From Raillietiella orientalis (taxonomy: Eukaryota), in NCBI GenBank assembly GCA_036172245.1, contig JAYWIR010000030.1, positions 2,108,001 to 2,172,000 on the forward strand: a stretch of 64,000 nt of DNA, written 5' to 3'. This document shows, piece after piece, positions 36,901-51,900 of the stretch. Numbering within the stretch: position 1 is the first letter of the stretch; each line of letters begins with the position of its first letter. The position numbers and the translations under genes were made by a program. The notes beneath the pieces were generated by a model. The model had not been told where the DNA came from and searched no databases. It saw only the letters and a program-made list of their open reading frames with translations.

Positions 36901-39900
36901 ACTGGATGGATCCTTTGGTATCCACTGTTGTCGCCGAATCCTTGCACTGGAAGCTCAAGAAAGCTCGTTTTCTTTTCTTTTTATTTTGTTTCCTTTCCCT
37001 TCCACGAGAACGAATTGATTCCAGCTAGGTCATAGGACCATCGTCATCAGAAGCCAATAGAAAAATTGCACTACAGCGTTTTTCGTGCATTTACGAATGA
37101 CCTTCCGATTAGTGGGAACTATTGCTTCGAGGTTCCTACTTGGTAGCCATAAGTGTAAGAAGTTTGGAGAGGGAAGAAAAAAAATCAGATAAATGAGATG
37201 GATGGACGGGGGGACCGCTCGACTCTTCTCTCCAATCTTGGAGGAGAGGCTGGAGTTACTCCCCGTTAGCCAACTGAGTGAAGGCGTAGGAAAGCAGTTC
37301 GAATTCTTTGGTAGAATGAGAAAACCCTATGAAGAAGGCAGAGAAAGCCTCTGATTAGTTTCAAGAGGAGGAATACTGTTTCCTCTGCGGCTCTGTTCGG
37401 AAAATAAAGAGGCTTGCCAGAAAAATCGAAGGAACACGATTAGTCTTAGACAACTTGGGCTTTTGTCTGCAGCACGTGTGTTCGCTAACTTGAAGAAACG
37501 AATGGAGCAGATCAGCACTCCAGGCGTTAGCAAGTCGCAGGAAATGCATAATTGACTACTGGTTGTCTGTACATAATAGCCTGTTGATGGATTCACTTGC
37601 TTAATTAGTCTTATTGCTGGCAACACGGATGAAACGCACGCATGTCAAGATGCATCCTTGATTTCATGCTCCACGTCCATGGTGATGTCTTTTATCTTCC
37701 ACTGGTTCCCGTCGTGTGGTTCCTTTCTGGCGTTGACGTGTAATGATTCCATGAAAGATTGAGACAGACTTCGTTCTTGCTGATTTTAAGCAAAAATTTA
37801 AACATTTTCTCAGCCAACTTTGAGTCACTCGTTTTGCTTCTATAAGGAGGGCTCTCCTGCTCCAACAGCTTCTTGTACCCGATGCCTCTTATCTCCTCCT
37901 CACGGGTGCACGTTAGCATCTTTTGAATTCGGAAATAAATCTTCTCTCGTGTGCTATTCACAAATTTTGGTCAGTTTGTTTGCTCAATGCAGCCACAACC
38001 TGCATACCAGTGTGTCACCGACTGAGAATGACGCATGTGAGACTGTGGGAAACGAAAGCAAGTTCCCAAACTTCACATCTCTATGCGGATTTTTCACTTC
38101 GTTTCCCTTCTGTTCCGAAAGAGGTGAACTTGCTGACGCAATCCGAGTTTTGCGTTTTACCAATTTCCTCGTTTCGAAATTTACGGTGCCACGTTCGACC
38201 AGGTCCTAAACACTGAGGTGTTGGCTGCTTCCTCCCTAATTCCTCACAATAGAAACAGGAATCTTGTCTTCTCGTTCACACAAGCGCACTTTCGAACAGA
38301 GTGCGGTTAATTAAGAGCTCTCTTTTCACTTCATCTCAATCGACTGAGCATCAAAAAAGTCTCCATCTTTGCTACTTCAAGCAAACTTTCCTCTCATGTG
38401 AGTTTCTTGGTTTCTTTTTAAGATCCTTGTGAGGACATCAGCTGCTCCGTCAACAGCGAATGCATGCTCGTTAATGGGATACCGAAATGCATATGTTCCG
38501 AAGGTTATACCGGAAGACCAAGTGAACTCTCCGGTTGCTATGACATCGACGAGTGCAAAACAAGTGATGCTTGTCCCAGGAATGCAATCTGCAAGAACAT
38601 CCCTGGTAGCTTTTCATGCCAAGTACGTGAGCATAAACCTTGTTTATAACTCCACAATGAAGGCGGCTGTCTCGTTTCGAAGCCTCGCACGTTGCGTGCT
38701 TTCACATTAGCTTGGGAGGGATCTTTGCACATACTGAGTCATTTGTAATCATTAATTAACTGTTTTTCTCTGTGAAGTGTCCCGCCGGATTTGTGCACGA
38801 TGAAGCGAAAGGTGGCTGCATAAAAGTGCAGCAGAGAACACCTTGTTCTTCCAAGGTCCCATGCGACATTTTTGAGGAATGCGTTACTGAAAACGATGGA
38901 GAAAGTGTTTGTGTGTGCAAAGATGGTTTCATAAGAGAGGACCCGCCTTCGGATAAGTGCAGAGGTGAATATGTGCAAAAGCACCAGTACCCATATAAAC
39001 TTTTCCTTATTTATCGTTCGCAAAGATGTGGATGAATGTCGAGAGCCAGGAATTAAAACTCTGTGTGGTTTAAACGCCATATGCAGAAATGTTCCCGGAG
39101 GGTACGATTGCCAGTGCCCGGAAGGATATGTGGGCAACCCTTTTTCCCACTGTCAAGGTAAAAAGCCCTTTCCGACTGCGTCTTTCACAAAGTTGGAAAA
39201 CTTTTCCAGAATGCCACAATAAGGACTGTTCCTGCCTTCCACCTTACAGCTTCTTAAACAATAAGTGTGTTCTCTCCAACTGCTCTTCATCTTCACCATG
39301 TCCAGGAGAATCCGAATGCATTTCTCTGTCCACCCGAGTAAGCTACTGCTTGTGCTCTGCAGGGTACATAACTCACGACAACGGATCTTGCGAAGGTCGG
39401 CTACCATGAGCGGACACCCCCAAACCGTCTAAAATGCAAATTATTGTAATTATTACAGATATAGATGAGTGTGCTTCCGAAAAGGCTGTTTGTGGGCTGA
39501 ACGCGCGTTGCGTGAACACGAGAGGATCCTACGAGTGTTTCTGCCCGAAAGACTTCGTTGGAGACGCCTACAACGGGGTCTGCAGCTCCGTGATTGTAAG
39601 TTCCTGCTCACGCTCTTTGAGTACACATTCAGTGGGAGGGTGTCGAGTCCGTTTTGATACTGGATGCTAGCTGCTCTTCCTAATGCATTGTTTCCACTTG
39701 TGTACACTGGGAGCCATCACTTTTCCCATAGGGTGTTTGTTGCTTTCGTCATCTGAGATCAACAGTGGCGGAGTACATTAGGCATCTTCGATTGGTGCCG
39801 CAGATTCCAGGTTACCATAGGCAGTGGAAATTGCCGGTGGGGAACTGACATGCGTCCGAAGATTCTCGCAGAGAAGATTCCAGAATCTGAGCACTCCAGT

Positions 39901-42900
39901 ATGCTAAAGTGCGATAATTTTGGGAGGGGAGACTTTGTGACAGTGCAAGGAAGAGGAAAGGAATTATCCCGTAAATTGCTTCTCTCTCGTCGTTCTGAGT
40001 AGCTCATCCGGATGCAACGGTTTCAAACGTCTGTTGCAATAATGGATGTTGACCGTTTCGAACAGCTCTTTATTGCTCCGTAGTTAAAACTCAGAGGCTT
40101 GGCCGATCGGCAAATCGCTTCTATCGGCTGTGGGGCCTTTGATCACAGCTGCTTTTTGGTGTTTGTCTTCCTTTGACTGGTAGCATTCCGCAACTCCCAT
40201 GCCTGCATTACCTTTCTTTCGAACTCCTTTTTGGTTTGTGCGCCTATCAAAAATAAAAAAGCGCAGCATCTTGAGAAAGTGTGGATATCCATCCAGAGGT
40301 CATTGCTGGTCAGGAGTGCCGACTACTTAGAGTTGTTCATTATGTCCTGGGACGTTACCATCTGAAAATATTATTCATCATGTTCCCAGAAAACAACAGA
40401 TGAACGTATGTCTGGAGTACGAAGGATCGATCGCTGCCTACTCAGCCTCGTCTAGGAGGTGGTTTCCCGGCAACCGTTCCCATGGTTGCTGATTCGGGCT
40501 CAGAAACCGGTGCTACCGTGTCTCAGCTGCACCCCTTCTAATGTTATTCTTCCAAACTCTTTCCAATGTTTATCTCACGCGATTCCATGACTTCCTGTTT
40601 TGTTGGATTCCTGGCCTGCAATCTGAAGACACCACGTAGAGAAACGAAAGATAGTTTCTCCTTTGCTCTCGCCCTAAAAGGAGAATGCGCAAAAGAATTT
40701 CATCCTTGTGACTTCCAAAAATGCAGTCTCGTTGCATTCGAGATCTCCCTTCAGTCCGTCTGCGACCTGCAAAGACCCAATGAGGTGTCGGATTTCCTTG
40801 CCTCTCCCGAATGCAAAGAGTTCACCCCAGCCCTCTCCGAAGAAAGGAAAGGGGGTATGTGCAAGGAGAAGGTGGGAAGGAAACACGAATACCCAATGAC
40901 GGCAACCGATACCCTAAGGAATGAGTGCACATCATTGATCCCTGAAGAAAGAGTCGCAGGAAAGTGCGAGATGCAGAGCATGTCTCCCGGTTCCCAGAGA
41001 GTCTTTAGAAGGAACCACTTAACAGCCTCATGCCGTCATGGCCACCTTGAAAGGGCTGTTATCCTTCCTTCCCCTCTGTGGTAGCTCCCTTTGCCCCGTC
41101 ACGTCTCCTCGATTCTTTCTATGCAGCTACTCTCGCTGACACACACACGTGTTCTCCTTTCAACCCTTTCTTCTTGCTCCAGTCTGCAAGAAAGCAGCTC
41201 CAGACTTCCGAGAACTCTTCCCCTGATCGTTCACAGCCACCGCTGTTCTGCTGCTCTTGCACATTCTCCAGTTCCATCAGTGGGAAGCAAGTCCATGAAT
41301 CCGTCAGACCTCGCTCCTATCTCCGGCAACCTTCCTCTTAGGTGTGCTTCTTAAATCCCTTTATTTTCCAATCCATCTTCTATGGGGCGTCTGCTCAGAG
41401 GCAAACGCGACGGCAGGGACCTTCTAGAAGGATTTGAGCTTTCGAACGGGCTCGCGGCAGGCTCCAGCAATGCTGCGCCAGGGAAGAGATTCTCGTATCG
41501 GTCGCTTCTACCTCAAGGTAGCACTGATGACCTTTTGAGACCTTCTGACACCTTAGAGGAACACTCGACACTGGAAAGAGTTCTACAGAGTAGTACAGCG
41601 ACTCTGAAACACACAAGAAGTGCTCGTTGCCGAGAGTGGAAATCTCTTGTCTCTCCCATCACCGCGGCTCCCGCTTCTGGGTCTTCGACGAGTTTTCCCC
41701 TACCGATCGCGGCGTATTCCCCCACTTCTCGAAAACATGGGGTGACCCCTCCCACACACCTACATTCTAAGAGTGATATGATCTCTGATACGCGCTCTCT
41801 TCCACAGACACGGTGCTCCACCGAGGCGGACTGCGGTCCGAACGAGCTCTGCGTGGAGCCTGGAGAATGCGTCTGCCCTCCACCTTTCTTCTCGGACACT
41901 GAGGATTCCAACAAGTGCAAGAGTGAGTGTTGAGCTCTGCCGAAGCATTGGTGAGGGGCAGCGGCTCTGATCTTTCAGGTCCCTGCGAGCGTTTCATCTG
42001 CGGGCTGAACAGCAAGTGCACACCTTCGGAGCCACCGCAGTGCATGTGCGAACCTGGGTACACCGGCAATCCGCACCAGGAGTGTAAGGACATCAACGAG
42101 TGTCTATTCGACGATGCCTGTGCCAAGAACTCATTCTGCATAAACATCTTGGGTAGCTACAAGTGCCAGTGTGCCGGAGACGCTAGCGGGGATCCGTACG
42201 TGACAGGATGTGAGTGCTCTTTAGGGGCTTCATCTTCTGAGGAACGAAAAAATCTCCCCAGGCATTCCGTTTGGTTCCCGGATACCGAAACAGTGCACCA
42301 CACACCAGGACTGCAATGAAGGTTTGACGTGTGACAACGGTGTCTGCGTGAACCCTTGCTTGACGCTGCACTGCGGGGATAACGCGATGTGTGAGGTCAA
42401 AGGCGGAGGAGCCTGGTGCACGTGCCTCGATGGCTACAAGAAGGATGCTCAGAACAGATGTGTGTCCGGTAAGCTATGGACTTCTGGCATGTTTGTGGTT
42501 CTTCTTCCCTGCTGCCAAGGGAACAAATGGGAGGGGGAACGTGTGTGCTCAAAGAGGGAAAGAAGAGTGATTCGGATTGACTGGAGTCTCCGACACGCTG
42601 AGGTGTTGATAGAGTGTTTTCAGTGTGTTCGCACATGTTCTGCGGAAGAAATGCTCAGTGTGTGGCCACGGAGAGTGGGCCAAGCTGCAAATGCCTGGAG
42701 AATACGATCGGGAATCCTTTCCCCGGGGGCTCCTGCGAATTGGAAAACTGCAATTCCAAGGAGACGTGCCAGCCACCCAAGGTAAGAATTTCGTCAGTTT
42801 GCAAAGCTCCTCTCGGTCATCCGCTCTCTACGCGACCACCAGAAGCTCTCGCCTATCATTATTCCTATTTTTCTTCTCTTCTGCTCTGTTTGCTCTTCTG

Positions 42901-45900
42901 CTTCATCCTCCCTCATCGAAGATTCCGAGACCACACTCTGCGCTCCTGCAACTTGGATCTTTGCTGAGCGACGACCGTCTGCGTTGCGACACAGATCGGA
43001 CGCTCTTCAGCAAAAGGTTTGCCACCTTCCACCTTGTCAGGCACACACAGCTGCTAGTTTATTCTTGCATCCTGAGGGGACCTACAGCCATTGCTTGTAA
43101 TCATTAACTTATCAGAGTTCCAAGAAACCATGGCATCCAGGCTTCCTCCGTTCCTTTGCTGTGTGCATTTATCCATTCGTTTCTTTGAAATGTATCCTTG
43201 TCCATCCCAACGCGGATGCTGGATGGAGACCGTTTGTTGCTGTGTTCCGTAGCATGCCCTTTTGCGTTCTTTAGAAATTTTCTCCCTCGCGAGCCGTTTC
43301 GCTTTCCCGATGGCCGAACTTTTCCTGGAGTGGCTGCTCTCTTCCCAAAAGAGGAACGAGAATTTTTATGTCCTGTGTTTCCGAGGAACTCGCCTTTAGA
43401 GAACACACCCACTTTCTCCCTTCCTCTTGCGCTTTCGAGAGTGTTGGGCGCCGCGCAGTGATAACCATCTGCTCCTGTCGAGAGTACCAATGAACTGATC
43501 CCTGTGGAAAAGTCTGAACTCCAGAACATGCTTTAGGGAAGGTCTTTAGGGAACTCCGGAGAAATGGCACTTTGCAAGTGTTCGAAGTGTTGATGACGCA
43601 AACGTTCTAAAATCCACGTTCTTGCTTTTAAGAGTTGCATCTCGGGGAGTTGCAGAGAGAAGTGCTTTGGCGTCATCTGTGGAAAAGGAGCATTTTGCGA
43701 CTACTCGATGCAAAAATGCATGTGCCCTCCAGGATCTGTTGGCAATGTAGACGTTTTGTGCGTACCACGTAAGTTGACGATTTTGCAGTGAAACTAACCC
43801 CTTTAGTACCCCCCCCCCCCTTTCTCCCTTCAAAAAAAACATTTGTGAGGTTATGATCTGATTTGACTCACTAGCAAGGATTCCCTTATAGGAAGCACAG
43901 ATATCCGATTATCTATCAAATGATCTTTGTTATCAAGCAAAGACGCTCGAGAATAACTAGTGAAATCTCAGAGATTTTCGACGAATTGATATTTTGGTTT
44001 TTTTTTTTTTTCATTCATGATTTCCGACTTTCTTCTTGCATGGAAACCTGTATGCTCTCCTCCAAGTCTTCTGTGTTCCATTCCAGCCTCCAAACCTCCT
44101 GCTTGCTCTCCTGAGTGCGGTTCAAACGCTCATTGTGAATACGATTCCGTGGGGCCCAGATGTGTTTGCAATAAGGGCTATTTTGGAAACCCCTACGGGC
44201 ACTGTAGCGAGACCGCCGACTGCAGAAACAACAAGTGCGGTAGAAACGCTGTCTGCACGGACGAGAGCGCTTTCCGGTGTTCCTGCCCCCTGGGCCTCGA
44301 AGGAAATCCCTTCATAGAATGCAAAGGTTGAGAGAATGAGCTGACTTTGACGACAGTCTCTTGAGATACGGATTTAGACATAAACGAATGCCTTGGGAGA
44401 GCTTGCGGAAGCAACGCCAAGTGCATCAACACGGAAGGAAGTTACGACTGCTACTGCGAGGTCCGGTTCACCGGGAATCCTTTTGTCATGTGCCTGCCCG
44501 AACAGAAAAGCGAAGAGTGTCTCTTGCTTCCGGAAGGGTGCCCCTGCTCCGCAGAAACAAACTGCCTTGATGGGTGCGTTGGTTCCCTCGGAGCCGCCTC
44601 CGGAAATTCAAGCTCAGAAACGGCAGGGCAACTAACACTTCTTTTTGTCTTTGTTTTGACAGGTATGAATGCCACAGCGGAAAGTGCACGAACCTCTGCC
44701 TTGGCATAAAGTGCGGACCGAACGCCGTTTGCGATAAAGGAAGGTGCTTTTGCCAAGATGGATTTCTCGGCGATCCCATGGACCTGAGACATGGATGTAA
44801 AGGTATTTTTCTTTTTCCTTGAAACGCCGGCACGAACGAAGCTAAAACTTCACTGATTTTCAGCAAATGAATGCGATACAGATCAAAACTGCCCCGGAAA
44901 TTCCATTTGCCTGATTCTGACGCAAAACGGTTTGCGCCAGTGCATTGACGCTTGCCGAAAATACCAGTGTGGTCCAAATGCAATTTGCATGACAGAGAAT
45001 CACAAGGCATTCTGCAGCTGCAAAGAGGGATATTCCGGGAATCCTTCAGATCCTGTACTAGGCTGCCAGGTAATCGCTTCATCATAGCACAGGGGGGCTG
45101 TAGCAAGATCGGGGATGCAGGGAGTCAGTAAGAAATCGGGATGCACGTCTGACAGCGAATGCGATGGAAATGAAAGATGCCAAGTTGATCAGCTGTCCGG
45201 AGAGAGAAAATGCAGTGATCCCTGCAGCAACCTGGAGTGCTACGAGAACGAGATTTGCAAAGTATCCGACAAGATGGTTTTCTGCGAGTGCGTTTCCGGT
45301 TTCGTGAGGGATCGCTCCGGAGTTTGCAAAAGTAAGAGTCAAAGGAGAGATTGTTCTTGAGCCTTAATTTGCCTTCAGAGCAAAAGCTGCCAGAGTGCCT
45401 CGCAGACAAGGACTGTCCCGCGACGTCCGTGTGTTCGACCGACGATCTGGGAGTCAAGAAGTGCTCTGCCGTGTGCTCTCGCTTCATCTGCCCGACCTTT
45501 TCGGAATGCATAGCTCAGGACCACAAAGGGTTCTGCCAATGTATCCCTGGATTCCAGGGAGATCCGAACAGCAGGAGAGGATGCACTCCCAAAGATAAAA
45601 ATTCTTGCGACGGTGACTCTGAGTGTGCGGAAACGGAAGTGTGCGTGCAACAAGAACCAGGAAAAAGGTGATCCTCTTTGAAAGATCAACCAAAGTTTGC
45701 ACAAACAGCTGGAGCGGTATTGCCCCATTAACTTTCTAAAAGATGCTATCTCTTCGCCTGTGGGATTGAGCTACCTGTCCCACACATCGACCGGGTCAAT
45801 TTTCTACAAGGAAACTTGAATCCCATTCATAAGTTCACGCCGAATTCATGATCGGCTGAACTTACCTCAGCTGCTCTCACATTCAGATTTCCACTTCAAA

Positions 45901-48900
45901 CTAAACTTCTTTTTGCCACAAACATTATTAATAGCATGCTTTCTTTCCTCTTTTTTCCTTCCAAGAAAGTTGATACTCTTCGGAATCTTCAGTTCCTCGG
46001 AACATCTGCATTGCGGAAATTATATTTTCCAAATATTGCCAATTTTGATTTTTTGTTTTTGTTTTTCGTTCAAACCAAGGTGTGTTCCCGCTTGTCAGCT
46101 GAAGCACTGTGGACCTGGAGCTGCCTGCGTAGCAAACAATCACGAAGCCAAGTGTCAGTGTCCACCCGGACTATTCGAGAATGAGTTCTCCGCTTCGGAA
46201 GGAGGCTGCTCCTCAGGTGAAACCCGTTAAGCAGCAGAACCCTGAACAAAGTGCTGCTTCCTTAGTGTCCTGCATTTACAACTCCGACTGCCCTGACCAC
46301 CAAGCATGCAACAGACTGGATTACACCTGCTACGATGTGTGCCATGACGCTTGCGGGACGAACGCGGTCTGCATCCCGTTGAATCACGCCCCCCAGTGCG
46401 AATGCCGACCGGGTTACACAGCGAACGTGTCTCCCTACATCGAATGCGTGGCATCCTCGGATCTGTGCTCCAACAGGTGCCATCCGACTGCAAACTGCAT
46501 CAACACGCCGGGAAGCTCGTATTGCATCTGCCCCTTGGGGACGACAGGGGACCCTTATGAGAGAGGATGTGAGCATCATGAATGCCATCGAAAGCCGAGT
46601 GCACCGTTTCGCTTTTTCTGCAGGTTTCAACGAAAGCGTGTGCAGAACGGATGCTGATTGTGACAAAGACCTCGTTTGTCAAGACCTTCGATGCAAGAGC
46701 CCATGTGAAAACGCCTGCTCACACAACACTCTTTGCTTAGTCGTAGATCGAGAACCCGTTTGCAGCTGCTTGACTGGATTTGCGGCTTTCCAGCACCCTT
46801 CGCAGGGTTGCTTCAGATCACCCAACTTATGTGTCTATAACCACGAGTGCCCGGAAAAGTTCACCTGCGTCAAAGGCTTCTGCGAAGGTCTAAAAGTCTA
46901 GACTGGATTAGGAACGCTAAATTCATTACTTCCCCAGCCCTGTGTAACACCGCCACCGATTGTGCTGAAGGAGAGAAATGTTTTGAGAACCATTGTGTCA
47001 CTCCTTGCATTAGCCACAGCATGTGTTTGGCTGGGTTCATGTGCCTTGAAGGACATTGCGTCATGGGATGTCGTTCCAGCGAAGACTGCAAGTCGAACGA
47101 AGCGTGTATCAACGGGAACTGCCAAGGTACGAACTGGCATGAGCTCGTGGAGCTTCCGAAATCTTCTTTCGAATCTCCCTTCCCCCAAATTGTGAATCCA
47201 AGCGAACGTGGGACGCGGATTGGGAATTCGTGCGTTTCTTGAACGGAAGAAAGGCTACGAACAAACTTAAAATCTAGTTGGGCATTTTTTTTTTTTCGAT
47301 CGGTCAGCTGCTTATCATGGTATGCTCGTGTCACGATTGATAAGGCACAAAGGTACGCAAGTTGCACAGAAAGACTCACCGGAAAAGGATTGGCGTCGCT
47401 GAGGCATCTCTGCCTTGTGAATCCAGTCACGTTTGTCTCTTGACGGGAGCACAGTCTGCACTTGGGGGCAAAGAATTGTAGGAAGTAGTGAAGAGTCCCT
47501 CTGGTTCGCTTCGTTGTCTGTTGAATTTGTCTGTGCTCAGTTCACTTGATGGATAGCTTTCAGTTTCATGTTCATGAGTAGCACCCGACATGCCTCGTGA
47601 CTGTTTCTATTGGCAACGAAATGCTTGCTGCCGATCAGTGTTACCGTGTGCCTTCCACATCATTTCTTTTTTTTTTGAAACGTTTTCGTCTCTGGAGATC
47701 AAAATCGGGATTTCATGACTGTGGAATCGGACATGAGGACATTCGCTATACCCCTGCAAGTTACAACTGCGGGAAAGCAACCAAAAATGGCCTAAAGGAT
47801 TCGCTTTCCTTATTAGCATTGGTGTATTTGCGATGCTCAAATTGATACATCGCAAGTCTGCAGCTTGCACGGATGCTTTGGAGTCTGAGATTGCTGACGA
47901 AAATTCCAAAGGTGTTTGCAGAATTTTCTCATGCAGACTCGTATATCGAGCTCGGAAGAGCCATCTTTTTAGGAAGCTGCTCTTGGAATTTCATCCTTCC
48001 GGTTTCTCAATTGCCTAATGGTTTCATTTCTAATACTTACATGTTCACTTAGAAATGGTTTTAGAACTCGCCTTTTATTTAATCGTTATACATCATCCGC
48101 AATTAGCTTCCACTCTCTATTTAGTACATGGGTCGTCTCCTTGTGCACTTCCACTGTCTCGGAAAGTTGCAAAGTTTTAAACAGTCTGAAGAACTCAGCT
48201 ACTCGTGTGCTGTAACTCGACGAGGTTTCTCAGTTCTTCATTCTATGATTTGAAGAAAGCAAAGCCTTTTCTAACGAATTTACATTGTTTGTCTGAATGA
48301 AAAAGGAAACTGACCAGGTTGTGCACATCTCCTTCCAAACAGACTCCTTTGAAACTTGAATGGTCCTATTTATCCTTAATCTTTCAAAGCATTTGTAAAC
48401 CATCTCAGCCAGCAGAGTCAACATCACATTAGCTGTTCCTTTTTTTTTTTTTTTCTTGGATGTAGCCATAGTTGTGTGCATAATATTTTATATTTTTGAA
48501 AGTCAACATCATTAGCTATATTGGATAATGAATTCCGAGTCATTAAAATTATAAAGTATTCTTCCTATCTGTTAATGGAAATTCGAAGAATCATAGGTTT
48601 ATGTTATTGTTCTTCTGGAATATCAAGAGTTGAAGAAAGACGCAGTTTGATTTCAATGACTATTTGAAAGTCAAGCATCAAGGCGTGAGCACAATTGGAA
48701 GTCTCAGTAAGGTGGAGCCAGGAAGATGACTGACACTGCAGTCATTTCGCAACAACGGAAAATCCGCGTAAAAACCCAAAAGGTGCGGATCCAGCACTCA
48801 AAGAAACTCCTGCTTCCATCTTCATGAATTGCAGATTCCTTGCAGCTCATAACTACTCTTGAGACCACAACAGTGTCATGAATCCGGTCCATTCTCGCGA

Positions 48901-51900
48901 TCCGCTTATTCCTCTTTCATTAGGCATACGACACCGTTATTGCGACTCGCTGCTTCATTTCTTGTTCTTCGTGCGTCATGCCCTTCAGCTGCGAAAGAGC
49001 TGCCTTGTGCTTCTATTTGTTGTCCCCGAATTCTTTCGAAATTCTTATAAAATTGATCGGATTGGGAGTTGCAGTTGTAGGCTTCCTTCTCTAGGATGCT
49101 GCCAACACTGGAAGATGCACGAATGCAAAGATGCTGATCTTCGTGTTGCATCCCTGTAAGGAAACCTCTCGGTGTTCAATCTCACTCTCAAGCGATCCTC
49201 TTCCTCTTACCCGATTATCTCCATGCCCAAAGTCCTCCTCAGAATTTCCCTTTGCCTACTTACTCCCACACCCTTGGTGAAGATGAAAGTCTTGGAATTC
49301 TCTTGACCAGCTTTTCTTTCACAAGAAATTCGTGCTTGTGAAAGCTCGCTCCTGGTAATTCTCGTTGCCGTGATTGAAATTCCAAGTACTAAATCCAAAA
49401 ATTGTTGACGCGATGCAGCTGTGCGGACATATCATGATTTTGGAGGAAGACCAGGAAACACACTCAGTGGGTCCTTCTTGGGAAATTATCGCATCGCAAT
49501 GATTCACGGATGGATTTTCTTCAAAAATTTCTTTTTCGAAATGGGAAACATTCAATGTCCAATCATCATAACGACGAGAATACTGAACTGAGATGTATCT
49601 GAAGTACCTTTCACAAGAGGGAAATCTGTATCTTTCTAAAAATGCAATAATTCATTTGTCTTTCGAAAACCCGGATCTTCATGAAATGAGATATCAAAGT
49701 AGTGACCAAGTGCGCGCGCCAAAAGTCGACTGCCCATCGCTGAGGGATTCAATTCACCATTTCCCGTCTCCTCGACATTCTTGTAAGAATTCTGGATGAT
49801 CAGGAAAAAAAACAAAACTCTCATGTGGACGTGTTCTGCTCGGGTGAAAGTGTGCTTGTGGTCTCTCAAACGGTCTTTGGAAGGAAAGGGAAAATGTGAA
49901 CGTGTGCTTACCTTTTCCCTCTCCGAAATCTTGGGCGGCAACTGTGTGTATCTCTCAGATTCCGTTTGCTCATTGAACAGACGGATGATTTCTGCTTTGT
50001 TTTGGGGCAGATCCTTGTCTGAAACCGGAAACATGTGGCTACAACACCCACTGCGAAGTAGAATCTCACGTCATACAGTGCTTCTGCTTGGAAGGATTCG
50101 TAGAAAGCACCGTTTCCTTTCATGGCTGCCTTCGTCAAGAGCTGCCTTGCCGCGCTAATAAAGACTGTCCTAAAGGCACAGTTTGCGATTCCGGAAAGTG
50201 CATCGCAAGATGCAAAGTGCATGGTAAGTCAGTGTTTTTGTCTTTCCAGCACCTCATTTTCCCTCTATTTATGTAGCGGACTGCGCAGTGTTCGAAAAAT
50301 GTGAGAGCGGACTCTGCACACAGATCTGCTACGCAGACAACAACTGTCTGCAGAAGCACATTTGTGTTGGAGGAATCTGCCAAAAAGGATGTCGAAGAAG
50401 TGAGGACTGCGCTAAAAATGAGGTGAAGAAATAATCCTGCTGCTCGATGTGATGCTTGATATTTTCCGACAAAAAACTCAAAGAAAAAATTCTTCATAAT
50501 TCCTTTCCCCTAAATGCATAACCTTTCTTGATTTTAAGATACGTGTGTACAATTTGTGCATCATTAGCCCTAACTACTGTTTTCATGTTCCTATCCCAGC
50601 TTTCGTTTTCAGCTTTCTAAATAGCTCATATCAAAGATTTCACTAATTTTCTGCTATATCTTTCCGCCTGGTTTTAAAGATGCCAAGATTCTGCGCATAC
50701 CTGAGACTTTCATTGCCACCTCAAATTCATCAATAAATCGAAGAAAGATTACTTCAGATGCCTATTTTTGCTGAACAGGGAGGTTATCTTCGGTTGGACT
50801 GGTGGAACCTTAGTAACTCTTATCTTACAATTTCCTTCAAAAGTAGTTTGTTAATCTGTGAATCCTTGTTAATTCTCATTCCCTTCTTATGTGTTGCATT
50901 TCCTCAAACGTGTGCGTACTTCCCCTTTTGATCACAGTTCTTGTGAAACTGTTCTTTTGGTCTTTGATCTCAAAATCAATGAGAGGACATGATTCACGAT
51001 CACACAGATACACCAAATGATCTTCGTTTACTATATATGCTGCGTATAAGACACTACTACGTCCCCTTTCATTTGGTAATCCTGTTTTTTTTTTTTTTTT
51101 TTTCCATTGAAAAGTTCGTTTTCTCACATGCTGCTGGATCCAGCTTCAAATGCCTTTGATTCGACTAAATCAAAGGCGTAGCCACCAGATGAACTCCTCG
51201 GACTCTTTTGTGTGTGTTTATCTGGAACTAATTCGTCTTCAGCAGGCCCCTCGTATTAGTAGAACCAACGATTTCCATTTCCTTTTTGTCGACACTCCAG
51301 TCTAGTTTTGTTGCCGTGGCTGCCGCAGTTACACAGGTCAAATCATACACTAAACATCCCCCCTTCCCTGAGAGCATCACTCTGTAGCACTTATCAGAAC
51401 TTTCAATTAAATCGCATTTCGGACTTTCCAAACATAAGAGCTTGCAAAAAATTGCAGGATTTTTTCCTTGGTTGTTTAGGTTTTATCCCGAATGATACGA
51501 GCATCCGGGTCACAACTCTAATTGTCCTTTTGCTTTTAGTCTTCTAAATAGCCATTGGCGCTTTTGCGTTAAATGATTACGGCTTGCTATCTAATGATGT
51601 ACACAACTGCTGTTTCTGCAGTAAGAGACATTAATGTCCATTTACTAATAATCGTACAGTTGTTGCAAGTAACCATAAAAATTGTAAGGGGAATGTTGGT
51701 TTAGCTTCCCTAAATCTATAACTTATAATTACTAGTTTGCACCGTCCACTTCAATGAATGCTAATTCTGAGCTGTTTTTCGCTGTTGTTGATTGTGGAAA
51801 ATCAACATTTGTTACTTTGCATGTTGATACTAATTAGTGTGCATGGGATCTAAGAAAGGAGGAAAAAAAAAAAACAGGAAAACTCGTGAATTTGAGATCT

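Noticed and set aside
40566..41084. 172-codon Cys-containing ORF in intron 19 as a possible alternative dumpy exon
   Set aside because: Cys spacing is neither EGF nor DPY, exons 19 and 20 already join in phase, and the opposite strand resembles a decayed RT.
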